Shown in pieces: positions 13,941 through 26,756 of a stretch of DNA of 64,000 nucleotides. How positions within the stretch are numbered: position 1 is the stretch's first letter; every line of letters begins with the position of its first letter. Both the position numbers and the translations under genes were made by a program. The notes under the pieces were generated by a model. The model did no database searches, was not told the DNA's origin, and saw only the letters and a program-made list of their open reading frames with translations. This stretch comes from Octopus vulgaris (lineage: Eukaryota): positions 10,478,001 to 10,542,000 of the forward strand of contig OX597817.1 of assembly GCA_951406725.2 (NCBI GenBank), written 5' to 3'.

Positions 13941-14187
13941 GATCAATTACTGGATCAACCAATCAGGTATTTTATCAGAATATTTTTGACGGAAAAGACT
14001 CATTGAATAATTGATTAGTTAATTAATTAACTAGTGGAATGAAAATCATAAAATGTATGAAATATACATACCGTTATATGATTTTTCATTCCACTAGTTA
14101 ACTAATTAACTAAGCAACCATTTGATGAATCATTTGTGTTGAAAGTATTATGACTAATGTGGTGATTGGCTGATCCATCAATTGATC
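13941..14187. repeat. Imperfect ~120-bp-arm foldback (MITE-like)
   Basis: 14015-14050 pairs near-perfectly with 14077-14113. Outer gatcaatt/aattgatc ends also pair. Confidence 0.8.
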
Positions 14188-14629
14188 TAAGAATTAATTT
14201 CATTTAAAATGTACAATACAATCAATATGTCTGTTCTTTTTATTTTCAGTAAACTGTACTTCCCAAAGTGCAAACAATTCTGTTCCAATACATAACTCCA
14301 CCTCAAAATTCTTGCAAATGATACTCAAAATGTGTGCGTGTGTGTGTTGTGTGTGTGTGCACGCATGAGTGTGTGTGTGTGTGAGTGTGTATGTGTATGT
14401 GTGGTGTGAGTCTGTGTCCGTGTGTTTGTGTGCGTGTCTGTGTCTGTGCATTTGTGTGTGTGTCTGTGTGTCTGTGTGTGTGAGTGAGTGTGTGTGTGTG
14501 TATGTATGCATGTATGTAAATATATATATATGTATATATAAATATATATCTATATACATATACATATGTGTGTGTATACACACACACATATATATACGTT
14601 ATAAGAACAACATACAAAAACATCCACAA

Positions 14630-15450
14630 TGTGCATTATAGGCCTGTACCTAGATGATATCCTAACTATCTTTCTAAATATGGATAGATATATTTCTAAA
14701 CCCCTACTACCACCACCATCGATAACCAAACAACAACATAAGCCAGAGAACCTTAATAACTTCTTCCAACAAAAGAATATTCAATCAAGCAGCACCATTT
14801 TACCACAAAGCCTGAAAGCTGGTGGATTCAAGTGTATGCATAAAATCCTCACAAATACACAGTAAACAAGGGGAAAGAGTAAAAGAAGAATCAGCTGGTT
14901 TGATTCATTCTTCAGCCTAATTATAGCATCAAATGTAGCTTACAACTTCGTAGTATTAATCAAGAAATATTTTACAACAGAAAATATCATAAACTATTTA
15001 CAGAAACAATACTGAAGTTAGAGCAGACAGTCATTGAACAACAATGTATAAAGGACATACAATTCATAGTGCAAACTGATGCAACTTCACAAAACAAGAA
15101 CACACCCATTACAAAATAACTGCCTTCAAATACAGTCTAATTAGCAACAGTATCACAAAGAGAACAAACTAAATATTCAAAGACAGATAGAAACAACAAA
15201 CATACACATTTTGGAATATAAACAGAAGGAAAACTACATCTCTGTCTAAATACATCTGGGAGTTAAATGAAAACAGTATAATCACAACCATAATAATAAT
15301 TGATTGTACGTCACCATTACATAACTGGTTCTTGTATTTCTCCTTAAGAAAGATACAACATAATCAAACAAAAATACACATTCATTAAACAACCAAAATT
15401 AGGTTTTATCGCAAGTCAGATACCATAATAAATTCACTTTTAACAAATTG
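14630..15450 (+). pseudogene. Decayed Penelope-like element RT and GIY-YIG ORF
   Basis: Collinear motifs IGLYLDD, PPSITKQ, IFNQAAPFYHK, KRRISWFDSFFS (cf. IIWFNPPFS), KYHKLF, TSLSKYIWEL and HNKF. Confidence 0.8.
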
Positions 15451-15659
15451 TCCAAATTCAAAACAGAATAAAGCAACAGTCCTTCATCCCCAGTTTCCAA
15501 AAAATTGATAACTGGAAGAATCAAACCCCAAACTGCTAACTCAAGTTAAACATGTAGTACACCTAATGCATACGTACACAAAGACAATAAAATGTAACTT
15601 GATCAAAACATACCAAACTATATACATCATCATTTAATGCCTGGCATATGCATACAAAA

Positions 15660-16070
15660 AAAAACACCATCCGAGCGTGGCCGTTTGCCAGCCTTGTCTG
15701 GCACCTGTGTCGGTAGCACATAAAAAACACCATCTGAGCGTGGCCGTTCGCCAGCCTCGTCGGGCACCTGTGTCGGTAGCACATAAAAAACACCATCCGA
15801 GCATGGCCGTTCGCCAGCCTCGTCTGGCACCTGTGTCGGTAGCACATAAAAAACACCATCTGAGCGTGGCCGTTCGCCAGCCTCGTCGGGCACCTGTGTC
15901 GGTGGCACATAAAAAAGCACCCACTACACTCACGGAGTGGTTGGCATTAGAAAGGGCATCCAGCTGTAGAAATACAGCCAGATCTGACTGGAGCCTGGTG
16001 CAGCCTTCTGGCTTCCCAGACCCCTGTTGAACCGTCCAACCCATGCTAGCATGGAAAGCGGACGTTAAAC

Positions 16071-16100
<30 letters not shown>
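15660..16100 (+). mobile_element. SINE family A with 4 x 63-bp internal tandem repeat
   Basis: Units start at 15665, 15728, 15791 and 15854, followed by the family A body and (GAT)n. Confidence 0.9.
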
Positions 16101-16101
<1 letters not shown>

Positions 16102-16139
16102 TGTGTATGTGTAATGTATTAATACAACAGATAAGAGCA

Positions 16140-17330
16140 AGCATTGACAAAAATAACATAGACAATAACACCAAACAGTTTATAATCAATCGACAAGCCA
16201 AATGAAAAACAAAACAGATACAGACACAAGTGTTCTAGCGATATTTAATATTGATCACAACAAAAGGTTAAAAAATACATTAGCAATGTCACCTGCAAAG
16301 ATCAATCACCATGAATATTAATATCAATATGTGATACTCTCAATTTCTTCCATTATAGCATACTGCTTTTTGAGGAAACAAAGTGACTTGACAAGCATTT
16401 AGTTTAACAAAAGCACAAAGCAACATCATTTTTCTTCCCAAAAAGAAGTTTTCAAACCCTTCAGTCTCTGATGAAAGAAAAAATTCAATAATATCCCAAC
16501 CATGAATATTAATAATACTACAATATGAGACACTCCCAAGCTCTTCTTATTCCACCTAATGAAATAGATTTGACCAGAAAACAAACTACTTTCATTAGTT
16601 GAACAGATAAATTCATATTTATAGCTGTAGCTCAATGAAACTAGATAAAGCAATACAAACAACCAAACATATCTCTCACCAAAATAAGATATATGCATAC
16701 AAAAAATCCTTTAAGCCTTTGATGGAAACAAAAATTTGAAATACACTTGAAAAAGAAATCATCATCGTCATCATCATCATCATCATCATCACCATCATCA
16801 TCATCATTTAACATCTGCTTTCCATGCTAGCATGGGTTGGACGATTTGACCGAGGTCTGGCGAACCAGATGGGCTGCACTAGACTCCAATCTGATCTGGC
16901 AGAGTTTCTACAGCTGGATGCCCTTCCTAATGCCAAGATGCCCTTCCTAACACCAAATGCCCTTCCTAGCGCCAATCTATCACAAGAATCAACATTTAGG
17001 AAATATTATGAAACACAGACTTCCTTGTAATCAAAGAAACAAACTTGACCAACAAGCAAGCTGAATTTGTTTGATTAACATAAAATTTCAACAAACAAGC
17101 AATGCAAAAATTATGAAGGAAAACAAGTAACATCACCAATAGATTCAAAGAAAGTAAATATTTAGCGTCAAAAAGTAACCATTTAGGAGAGACAAAAATA
17201 ACAGCCATAAATAGACACACGAGCAAGAAAACCACATCCAGAAAAATATTGTGAAAAAGGATTCTGAGTTGAAACAGCTGTTACCTGATGATCATAGCAA
17301 AATGAAACTCTCTGTACATGATAAGCATTC
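16140..17330 (+). mobile_element. Possible second decayed PLE ending in a hammerhead-like motif, interrupted by SINE A (16760-16975, minus)
   Basis: A-rich coding-like strand with a weak SQAL remnant. CTGATGA at 17285 is followed by GAAA at 17304. Confidence 0.35.
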
Positions 17331-18252
17331 AGTTTAAATAAAGAGATAAAAATGGAGTGAGATGTAACTGATTACCCTTCACTCCTTCACTGGACAGGAA
17401 GCAACATTTAAATGCATATATATATAAATATATATATATATATTTATTTATTTATTTATTATCCAAAATGTACAGTATATATCCATCACAATTGATCTTA
17501 CCAACTGGTTTCATGGTAGGAATACAATGGAGTGTTAGGTAACAATTTGATTATATAACCTTATGCTCATCAGAGTTAGCCAATATAGAAAGGAATAAGG
17601 CAGCTGCTCTCTATTGTTGGAGGTGAATATATATATACGTCTATGTGTGTATATATATATACATATATGAAGTGTATGGCCTAATGGTTAGGGTGTTGCA
17701 CTCACAACCATGGGTCCAATTACTAGACGAGCAAAACACTTCATTTCCAGTCCACTCAGCTGTATAGTTAACTGACTGGAAGTACAGTGGCCTGCTTGCC
17801 TAGCCAGCGTGACAGCATTATTGTGAAGCTAAGACAATGGAAAGCACATTGTGACCAGCAATGTACCATAACATCCTATAATCTGGTTAATACTGTGATA
17901 TATATATATATGTATGTTATATTTAGTATTCTTAAGCAAGGCCCATCATTTCATGTTAATCTACTTAGCTAAAAATGATTACAAGACAAGTGGTGGGGCA
18001 AGCCCTCCAATTCTCATATCTTCACTGTTCTGCTGGCTTAAGGATGGCAAGTCCAAGAAGGTCTGCTCATAACTACAAAGACACCTAAAAAAGTAGCAGA
18101 AGTATGGTACAAGAGACTAATTCATGCTCATTTTCAAGTTACTGCTACATTTTGAGTAGCTTGAATCTATTGAGGAAAATTAGTACCGATCAAGTGTTGG
18201 TACATTTCTCTCTCTTTCTCTCTCACTCTCTCTCTCTCTCTTTCCCTGCGTA

Positions 18253-18313
<61 letters not shown>

Positions 18314-18315
<2 letters not shown>

Positions 18316-18552
18316 TGAGGGAATATTATTCCAGACTTACAGGGAAAAATTCAATTTAGAAAACTAAATCAAATTTCACAAAATATAATATATATATATA
18401 AATTAGAAAAAAAACACCTTTCATCAATTCAATAATGAAAAATTAAATTATACCATTTAGATAAATTACACATTATAGAGAGATTTAGTATAAGATAAAA
18501 CATATAACGATGATTAAGTAATGTGCAAATAATAAATATAACGTATATATTT

Positions 18553-18555
<3 letters not shown>
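18314..18555 (-). mobile_element. TA-embedded element related to the 25678-25755 tail
   Basis: Reverse complement shares ctaaat..tttttccctgtaa..attccct with 25700-25750 and 28440-28490. Confidence 0.65.
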
Positions 18556-18618
<63 letters not shown>

Positions 18619-19151
18619 GTGGGGTGCAAAAATAGGTATACAGTAAGCATCACACCTATGCTATACTTAATTCATTAAAATTATGAGCTCATTAAATTAT
18701 TTTTTCTTCTGGATTGGTTATATGAGCTTATTTTTAAGCTTAGATGGTTTTGTTGTCTTGTGTGTTGTGGGAAATCACGGGAGCATGCTTGTGTTTTGGT
18801 TTTTTGTCGTTATATCTAGTAATTTTTGAACAGCATCTAAATATATATATATTTTTGATACAGATGACATCATTGGATTGAATGGTATTACTTATTGTCA
18901 AAACCATAATGATTTCCAATCCAGTAGCTGATGATGGGTATCAATGTTTATTTAGATTGTTACTGTGGTGATGTTTAGGTGGCTGTCTGTAAATTGTTTT
19001 TATTTTTGTACACTGGTCTATTTTCATACAATCCTCTTTCATGGTTTATTCTTTTACATTTTTTTTTCTGTCAGGAATTTAGTGGTTCCTGGGTTCATGG
19101 AGTTAGATGTTTGCAAGTAATTACATAATTACATTATAGTGAATTTGTAAC

Positions 19152-19182
<31 letters not shown>

Positions 19183-19481
19183 TGTATGTATGTATGTATG
19201 CATGTGTGCATGTTTCTATCTATCTATCTATCTTACTTTCTACTTATGTCTGTATTAACACTACAAAAAATTCAGTTGATATCCAGTATTTTGGTGAGAT
19301 GACAAAATGAATTCAAAGAAGCACCAGATTTAAAATTATAAGTACTGGGGTTGATATGATTCACTAAAATTCTTAGTGGTGGTTCCCCACCATGACCAAA
19401 GTCCAGTGACTAAAAATAGCAAAACATGGATGTGTAAAAGAGAATACAGAGAGATATGAATGTGTACATGTATATATATAT

Positions 19482-19782
19482 GGCACGTAAAAAGCACCAT
19501 CCGATTGTGGCTGTTGCCAGCCTCGCCTGGCCTCCGTGCCGGTGGCATGTAAAACGCACCATCCAACCGTGGCCGTTTGCCAGCCTCGTCTGGCACCTGT
19601 GCCGGTGGCACATAAAAAGCACCCACTACACTCATGGAGTGGTTGGCGTTAGGAAGGGCATCCAGCCGTAGAAACATTGCCAGATCAGACTGGGCCTGGT
19701 GCAGCCTTCTGGCTTCCCAGACCCCAGTTGCACCGTCCAACCCATGCCAGCATGGAAAGCGGACGCTAAACGATGATGATGA
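19482..19782 (+). mobile_element. SINE family A with 2 internal repeat units
   Basis: Same body as the 15660 copy. Confidence 0.9.
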
Positions 19783-20194
19783 TATATATATATATATATA
19801 AATGTAAGATCCAAGGATCAAGGTGCAGGAAGAAAGTGAGCTTCAAGCAATCCATAGAAAATATTAAAAAAAACAACTTTCAGGAACAATAGTGGTTTAT
19901 TGGGATGGGATGGAAGGTTGTGGATTTTTTGCCTATCAAAATACAATAAGCTGAAAAAAATTATCTCATATTTCATGGTTCACAGCCAGGTTTGCCTGGT
20001 ATGTGAATAAAAATCCAAGAATTAAGGAATGCGTAAGCTGTAGTATACACCTAGCTCTCAGATATTTCCCACTGCCAAGGTTCCACTTGCTATGAGACTT
20101 ATGCAGCCTGATTTTATGAATTATAGCCACTCCATTCCTTAACTCTTGGAATATAACCACTTCCTATGAATCATATGTAGTCTGGACTTTATCT

Positions 20195-20228
<34 letters not shown>

Positions 20229-20302
20229 GGATTATAATCCAAGAGTTAAAGAACGGAGTAGATAAAATCCAGGCTACATATGTGTCATAACCGGTGGAAC
20301 CT

Positions 20303-20350
<48 letters not shown>

Positions 20351-20352
<2 letters not shown>

Positions 20353-20626
20353 AATTAAGGACTGAACACGAAAAGTGGACAGTCAACATGCTAGATATAG
20401 ACGTCAAATCGCCATTCTCCACAAAGATTATGTTCTCAAATGAAACTCAGCACATAATCTTTGTGGAGAATGGCGATTTGACGTCTATATCTAGCATGTT
20501 GACTGTCCACTTTTCGTGTTCAGTCCTTAATTGGTATATATAAATATTTTAATCTTCGGATTCTTTTTAATATGCTAGACCACTGGTTTTAATTGACTAA
20601 TATCAATTTCTACTCTTAATTAATTT
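20351..20626. mobile_element. Foldback element in (TA)n with perfect 83-bp arms and a tail
   Basis: 20351-20433 is the exact reverse complement of 20452-20534. Confidence 0.9.
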
Positions 20627-20853
20627 TATATATATATATATATATAGTAATAAGAAATTTTGGATGGAACTTCATAAATCCTTTAAGGCATTGCTATGTA
20701 TGTTTCCACAGTCTCTATGTTTTAGTTGTTGAAGTCATGATCCATAGGATATTACAAATATGATTTGCAAAATCCATGGATTTTAAGGGAAATGTTCATT
20801 TCCTCAAGCAAATGTTGCACTCAAAACGTTTCACATGAACAGACTTAATTAAA

Positions 20854-20893
<40 letters not shown>

Positions 20894-21052
20894 GAAAGAA
20901 TGGAGTTGAATGACGATTTAACAAAATTCCTTTATTCTCGACATATGTTTCGAAGACTGCATATTCCTAATTCCGAAGTGTTTTCTGACGTGAATTTGCT
21001 ACCCGGGTATCGGTTAACCGAATTATCCATACTAGGATAATCCATTCAACTA

Positions 21053-21098
<46 letters not shown>

Positions 21099-21908
21099 CC
21101 ATGAAATCATTATCATCATCATCTTTATTTAATGCCATGGTTCCATGCTTGCCAGGAATGAACGGTTCAACAATTTCTGACAGGCCAAAGGGACAACATT
21201 GAGCTTCAATATATATTTTGGCATGATTTCTATAGCTGGACACACTTCCTAATACCAACAACTTTACAGGATATACTGGTGCAGGATGGATAGTCTGATA
21301 GGATCCAGTAAGCCAGAGGACTGTGTTGAGCTCCAATGTCTGCTTCAGCATTATTTCTATAGCTAAATGTCCTTCCTATTGCCCACTACTTTAGAGAATG
21401 TACAGGTTCTTTTTTTCATGGGGCCAGCAATACATCATCATGCTGACATTGGTTGGACTTCTTGACAGGATCCAGTGAACCATGATTTCTATGACAGAAT
21501 GCCCTTTCAAGTACCAACTACTTCACTGTACTGGGTACTTTGCACATGACACCCATACTATTGAGGTCAGCAAGTAAATTGCAAGGCGAGCCCTCTCAAT
21601 GAGGAGGGAGCACAATATTAAAAAAGTGATTTTTTTACCAGCTGTTTCAAGGTTAAATATATGATAGAGAGACAGACACAGTTGTTTTGGTATATATGGC
21701 TTCACTAGAAGGAAAAAGAGAAAGGGTGGTAAAGATGACATGTCAAGACATATACTTTATACAGCATCTTCCTGCGTTTCTCTCTCCAATAAATTCCATC
21801 CACCTTATTTGAAATGAATGACACACAATGTCAACAAAAGGTAACACAAACATACACACATTCATACTCACACATACATATGTCTATATACATACATATG
21901 TCTAAATG

Positions 21909-22032
<124 letters not shown>

Positions 22033-22074
22033 TATAATATATATATATATATGGGCTTCTTTCAGTTTCCGTCT

Positions 22075-22130
<56 letters not shown>

Positions 22131-22169
22131 CACACTCTATTTTATATTATATTACATATTATATTACAT

Positions 22170-22305
22170 AGGCGCAGGAGTGGCTGTGTGGTAAATACCT
22201 TGCTTACCAACCACATGGTTCCGGGCAAGTGTCTTCTACTATAGCCTTGGGCCGACCAAAGCCTTGTGAGTGGATTTGGTAGATAGAAACCGAAAGAAGC
22301 CCATC
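22170..22305 (+). mobile_element. SINE family B 5' part with internal deletion
   Basis: ggcgcaggagtggctgtgtggtaa head. Deletion at a ggg microhomology relative to the 36468 copy. Confidence 0.85.
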
Positions 22306-22375
22306 ATATATATGTATAGATATGTATGTATGTGTCTGTGTATATGTGTATATATATGTGTATATATATATATAC

Positions 22376-22415
<40 letters not shown>

Positions 22416-22725
22416 CACTATTAACACTGCCAGATTGAATTGTACTGCCCAGGTGTCAAAACCATAATGGCAGCTGATGATGGGAACACACATTTGTTAT
22501 GCTTATAGTCTCATTATTCTGAGTTGCCCTTCATTCTTGTAAAGTCAAAAAGTGTTTGTGGATTCATAGTTTGTGGAGAACACTTACGTTGGTATTGCAT
22601 TGTTTTCTTCATAGGCAATCTAATTAGGCTCAGATTATGCTTAGATACTGGTATCTAGTTTAGGGAAGTTCTGTGACGTATAGATATAGATACACACATA
22701 CATGTGTGTGTGTGTGTGTGTATGT

Positions 22726-22760
<35 letters not shown>

Positions 22761-22763
<3 letters not shown>

Positions 22764-23068
22764 CTAATGTAGGATAAAATTTTTTTCGGGAAAAAAATTT
22801 CATCAATGGCCAGCATATCAAAAAATACCTTTGAAGGTTAAATTTATACATAATTTACAAGATAAGGGCAGAAGAAAAATTCTAATGCCAGATACGCCGA
22901 AACACAAAAAATTGTCGATTAACCATTATAATATATGTGGATCATTATAACTTATTATATTATAATGGTTAATTATATATTATAATGGTTAATTGACAAT
23001 TTTTGTCTTTTTTTGGCATATTTGGCATTAGAATTTTTTCTTTTGCCCTTATATTGTAAATTATATAT
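22761..23068. mobile_element. Foldback element in (TA)n with ~90-bp arms and a left tail
   Basis: 22846-22935 pairs with 22976-23068. A relative lies at 57947-58200. Confidence 0.85.
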
Positions 23069-23080
23069 ATATATATATAT

Positions 23081-23143
<63 letters not shown>

Positions 23144-23670
23144 AAAACATGTGAAAATACTGCCTCAATTAGGAAATGGTGGTAAGTGATATTTTGTAAA
23201 TATAATTGAGACTGCAACATATTAACTATATATATTAACTATAGAAAATAGTCTAATATCAGTGTATATAAGCTACCTTCATTTCCCATGCATACTAATG
23301 CCCATTTTTTTCTGTTACAAGGGCTAATATACCCTTGTATTAGACTATTTTCTATAGCCAATATACAGTGATAACTTAAGATTCTATTTACAATATATAT
23401 GCACTAGATTCCAAAGCCCTGTAGTTAAAAAAAAATAACTACTAGATCTTACGAGAGCTGTGCAAACCATATACATAAATGATGTGAATGAGATAAAACT
23501 TGGCAATAAGTTCATCATAAAATTTGATATGAAGATATCTAACCATCATAGCTCAGTTGTCATTGTCTTGTTATTATAGTTGTTTAGACCAAATCAGATA
23601 AGTTTAAACCTGGCAATCTGTAGGATCACCTGTTGTCCAATGACAGTTCACATAGCTGAATTTGTTGAGG

Positions 23671-23898
23671 AACCCTTTCATTACTAACCCGGCCAAAACC
23701 GGCACTGGCTCTGTAGTACAAATGTCTTGTTTTCATAGGTTTTGCATCAAAATATACCACCAAACCTTAGTTGCAATTTATATTCCTAACACTAGCTTAA
23801 TGATAACTAAGTTATTTTTACTAAATTCTTTGTTATATTTAAAATAACTGAAAGAAACACATAGCATCTCAAAATAAATACAGTAACAAAAGGGTTAA
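23671..23898. mobile_element. piggyBac-like MITE
   Basis: Termini aaccctttcattact / agtaacaaaagggttaa (CCC..GGG ends, TTAA on the right). Confidence 0.7.
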
Positions 23899-24674
23899 GA
23901 GTAAAAAGTCCAAATGTGGAAGCAAAGCCTATGATTTAAAAACTTCTAGTCTAGCAAAGACATTAGTTGAGAATAACAGAACCAGTAAACAGACACAAGG
24001 ATGTGACTGGTCTCTCTATATGTATACACTGTACTCCACTTTAAATACAGAGGTGTTGTGAAATTGCAGAGAAGATGCATAACATAAGTAACGAATGCAC
24101 TGGTGCATTTAGCAGCTGGATATGAATTTTATTTAGTATTTAGAGGGTTTCATAGAAAATTTTGATAGCTTCTCTTAACTAAATAACTTAATGAGCAATG
24201 AAAGTATCTTCTTTAAAAGCATAGTAGCCAGAATAAAATTAATGCAGATAGAGTTCAGGAAGCTATTACCTCTGATGTCAACAAAGGGTTTCCCTTCCAC
24301 AGTGAAAAACGCATTGTAAAATGCATGGGTTGCTTAATTTTACACCCAGTTTTACACCACCCTGTGGCACATTCAGCACCTTCTACACCTTTAGTGGAGT
24401 CTGTTCTATTGCAAAGATTCAGGCTAAGTTTCTGGTTTAATGATTCCTTCTTCCTCCTCACCAGTCATGAAGATCTGTAAAGGAGCATGGGCACTGTCCC
24501 TCTCTGTGACACTTTTAGCATGCATTCTCTACAATAGCTCTTAGCCTACAAAAGACATCAAAGCAGATTTAGTTCAAGGACACTGAAAGTATCCACTTGA
24601 AAAAGCACATACATAAAATATATATAGATACACACACACACACACACACATAATAGATAGACAGATAGATAGAA

Positions 24675-24905
24675 AGGCAGAGAGCTGGCAGAAACATTAG
24701 CATGCTGGGCAAAATGCTTAGCAGTATTTTGTCTGTCTTTACGTTCTGAGTTCAAATTCCGCTGAGGTCGACTTAGCCTTTCATCCTTCGGGGTCGATAA
24801 ATTAAGTACCAGTTATGCAGTGGGGTCGATCTAATCGACTTAATCCCTTTGTCTCTCCTTGTTTGTCCCCTTTATGTTTAGCCCCTTGTGGGCAATAAAT
24901 AAATA
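24675..24905 (+). mobile_element. SINE family C
   Basis: Similar to 10421-10652. Confidence 0.88.
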
Positions 24906-24917
24906 AGATAGATAGAT

Positions 24918-25024
<107 letters not shown>

Positions 25025-25397
25025 GAGATATTGTCATCATTATAACAAATACTTTACCATGCTTCCATGGGTCAGATGGGAGTATATTTTTTTCCAGCTG
25101 ATTGCCCCTCCTGAGATCAAACCCACTGGTTTCTAAGCAAGGTAATGATTTCCTAGTCTGTCATCAAACAATAAACAATCCAGACATGTTTTATGCAGAG
25201 AACTGGAAACAAATGACACTAGTTGAATGAGCTGCTCATTTACAAATGTCGTGCAACATATCAAGACATGTCAAGAAGCCTGGAAATACTTTCGTGGTGG
25301 ACTGCAAGCAAATGGCACCGTCAGAAAACCATTTTTTAAAAAAAAGCCAGCAAGGGTAACATGAAATCATTCATGCAAACACAGGCAGACGTTAAAC

Positions 25398-25428
<31 letters not shown>

Positions 25429-25506
25429 TGTAGACACACACACACACATATATATATCAATATATGAAAATATATATGTATGCATGCATGTATATATATA
25501 TATATG

Positions 25507-25755
25507 TATAAAATATTATTAGAGACAAAACCACTATTTTGCAAAACAAACAAGGAAAGACTTAATCAATACATAAAATTTTAATAAATTGACTATTTAT
25601 TAAAATTTTATGTATTGATTAAGTCTTTCCTTGTTTGTTTTGCAAAATAGTGGTTTTGTCTCTAATAATATTTTATAATATTTTACTATAAAATTGGATT
25701 TAATCCTAAATCTGATTTTTTCCCTGTAAATTTGGATTTATTCCCTAATATTTAT
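25507..25755. mobile_element. Foldback element in (TA)n with perfect 83-bp arms, 5-nt loop and a tail
   Basis: 25507-25589 is the exact reverse complement of 25595-25677. Confidence 0.9.
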
Positions 25756-25774
25756 TATATATATATGTATATAT

Positions 25775-26090
25775 ATCTGTAAATGTAATATGTGACAATT
25801 ATTCAGTAGCCATGATAAAACTCCGAGTTTCGGATGCCGAGGTGGAAATCCACGCCACCATCTCTTCAGTTATCTGGCCATCGGAAAAATGCAATGGAAA
25901 ATGACTGATGGCTGGATAACTAGAGAGATGGTGGAGTGATGGTGGAGTGGATTTCCACCTCATCATCCGGAACTCGGAGTTTTATCATGGCTACCAAATA
26001 ATTGTTACATATTACATTTACAGATAAATTCCTCTCTTTACATAATATCGAGGTCTCTTTCTTTCTTTTGTTGTCTTACCGTTTTTATCA

Positions 26091-26092
<2 letters not shown>
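25775..26092. mobile_element. Foldback PLE pseudo-LTR derivative with ~110-bp arms
   Basis: 25775-25882 pairs with 25907-26026 and has a right tail. Each arm holds a hammerhead motif. Confidence 0.85.
25814..25874 (-). ncRNA. Type I hammerhead ribozyme motif
   Basis: gataa-CTGAAGA-gatg..catc(c)-GAAA-ctcggag-TT-ttatc: stem I, core, stem II and near-palindromic stem III. Confidence 0.7.
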
Positions 26093-26138
<46 letters not shown>

Positions 26139-26139
26139 C

Positions 26140-26390
26140 TACTTCAAATGGCCATTCTTCAATCTCATCAATTTAACAGCATCCAGCACATCTCAGAGCT
26201 TCAATGCTTCAGAATACAGATGACAATGTGACAATGCTGATCTTTGTCATCAGAACTCCGGAAATCAGTCAACAATTTCTTCAGTGCACATCATCTTCAC
26301 AGTGGATGTCCAGAAGACCAAAGTCCTTGTTGAAGCTGCTCAGAAGCTCAGTCTCCTTGGTCTGCACATCACCATCTTTGATCCATATGT
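26140..26390 (+). pseudogene. Decayed RTE-clade reverse transcriptase fragment
   Basis: Remnants FFNL, ISELQ..(YA)DDN and KTKVL occur in RT order. Confidence 0.5.
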
Positions 26391-26756
26391 AACTACATTT
26401 TTGAAAAAGTATTCTGACCTCAGAGTTAGATCAACTCCTTCAACATTTCGAAAATAAGCATACGGTTGGGAAGCAAACTTCTTAATCATGCAGCCATATC
26501 TGCACTTTATATTATGATATATTTATGTGTGTGTATGTATGAACATGTATGTATGAATGTATGTATGTATGCATATACAAACATATATATACAGGAATTT
26601 CAACCGTGGTCCGCTACCACAACAGCTCTTTTATAGGATCCAGTTAGCTCAAGAAATCATCAGGAGGAACTACATCCGATTTCGGCCCCTACTCCTCTAC
26701 CGCTTTGATGTGGCGGGGCCCCCGCTTTCAGAGGTGTTTTCACCTCTGGTGTGGTG

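Noticed and set aside
15665-15917. CRISPR-like or repeat-protein appearance
   Set aside because: No unique spacers; it is a SINE-internal tandem repeat in eukaryotic DNA.
18617-18650. Tc1-like terminus cagtggggtgcaaaaatag
   Set aside because: No matching second TIR found.
20220-21055. Repeat-spacer array as an acquisition system
   Set aside because: The repeats are variable-length (TA)n and the spacers look like mobile element ends.
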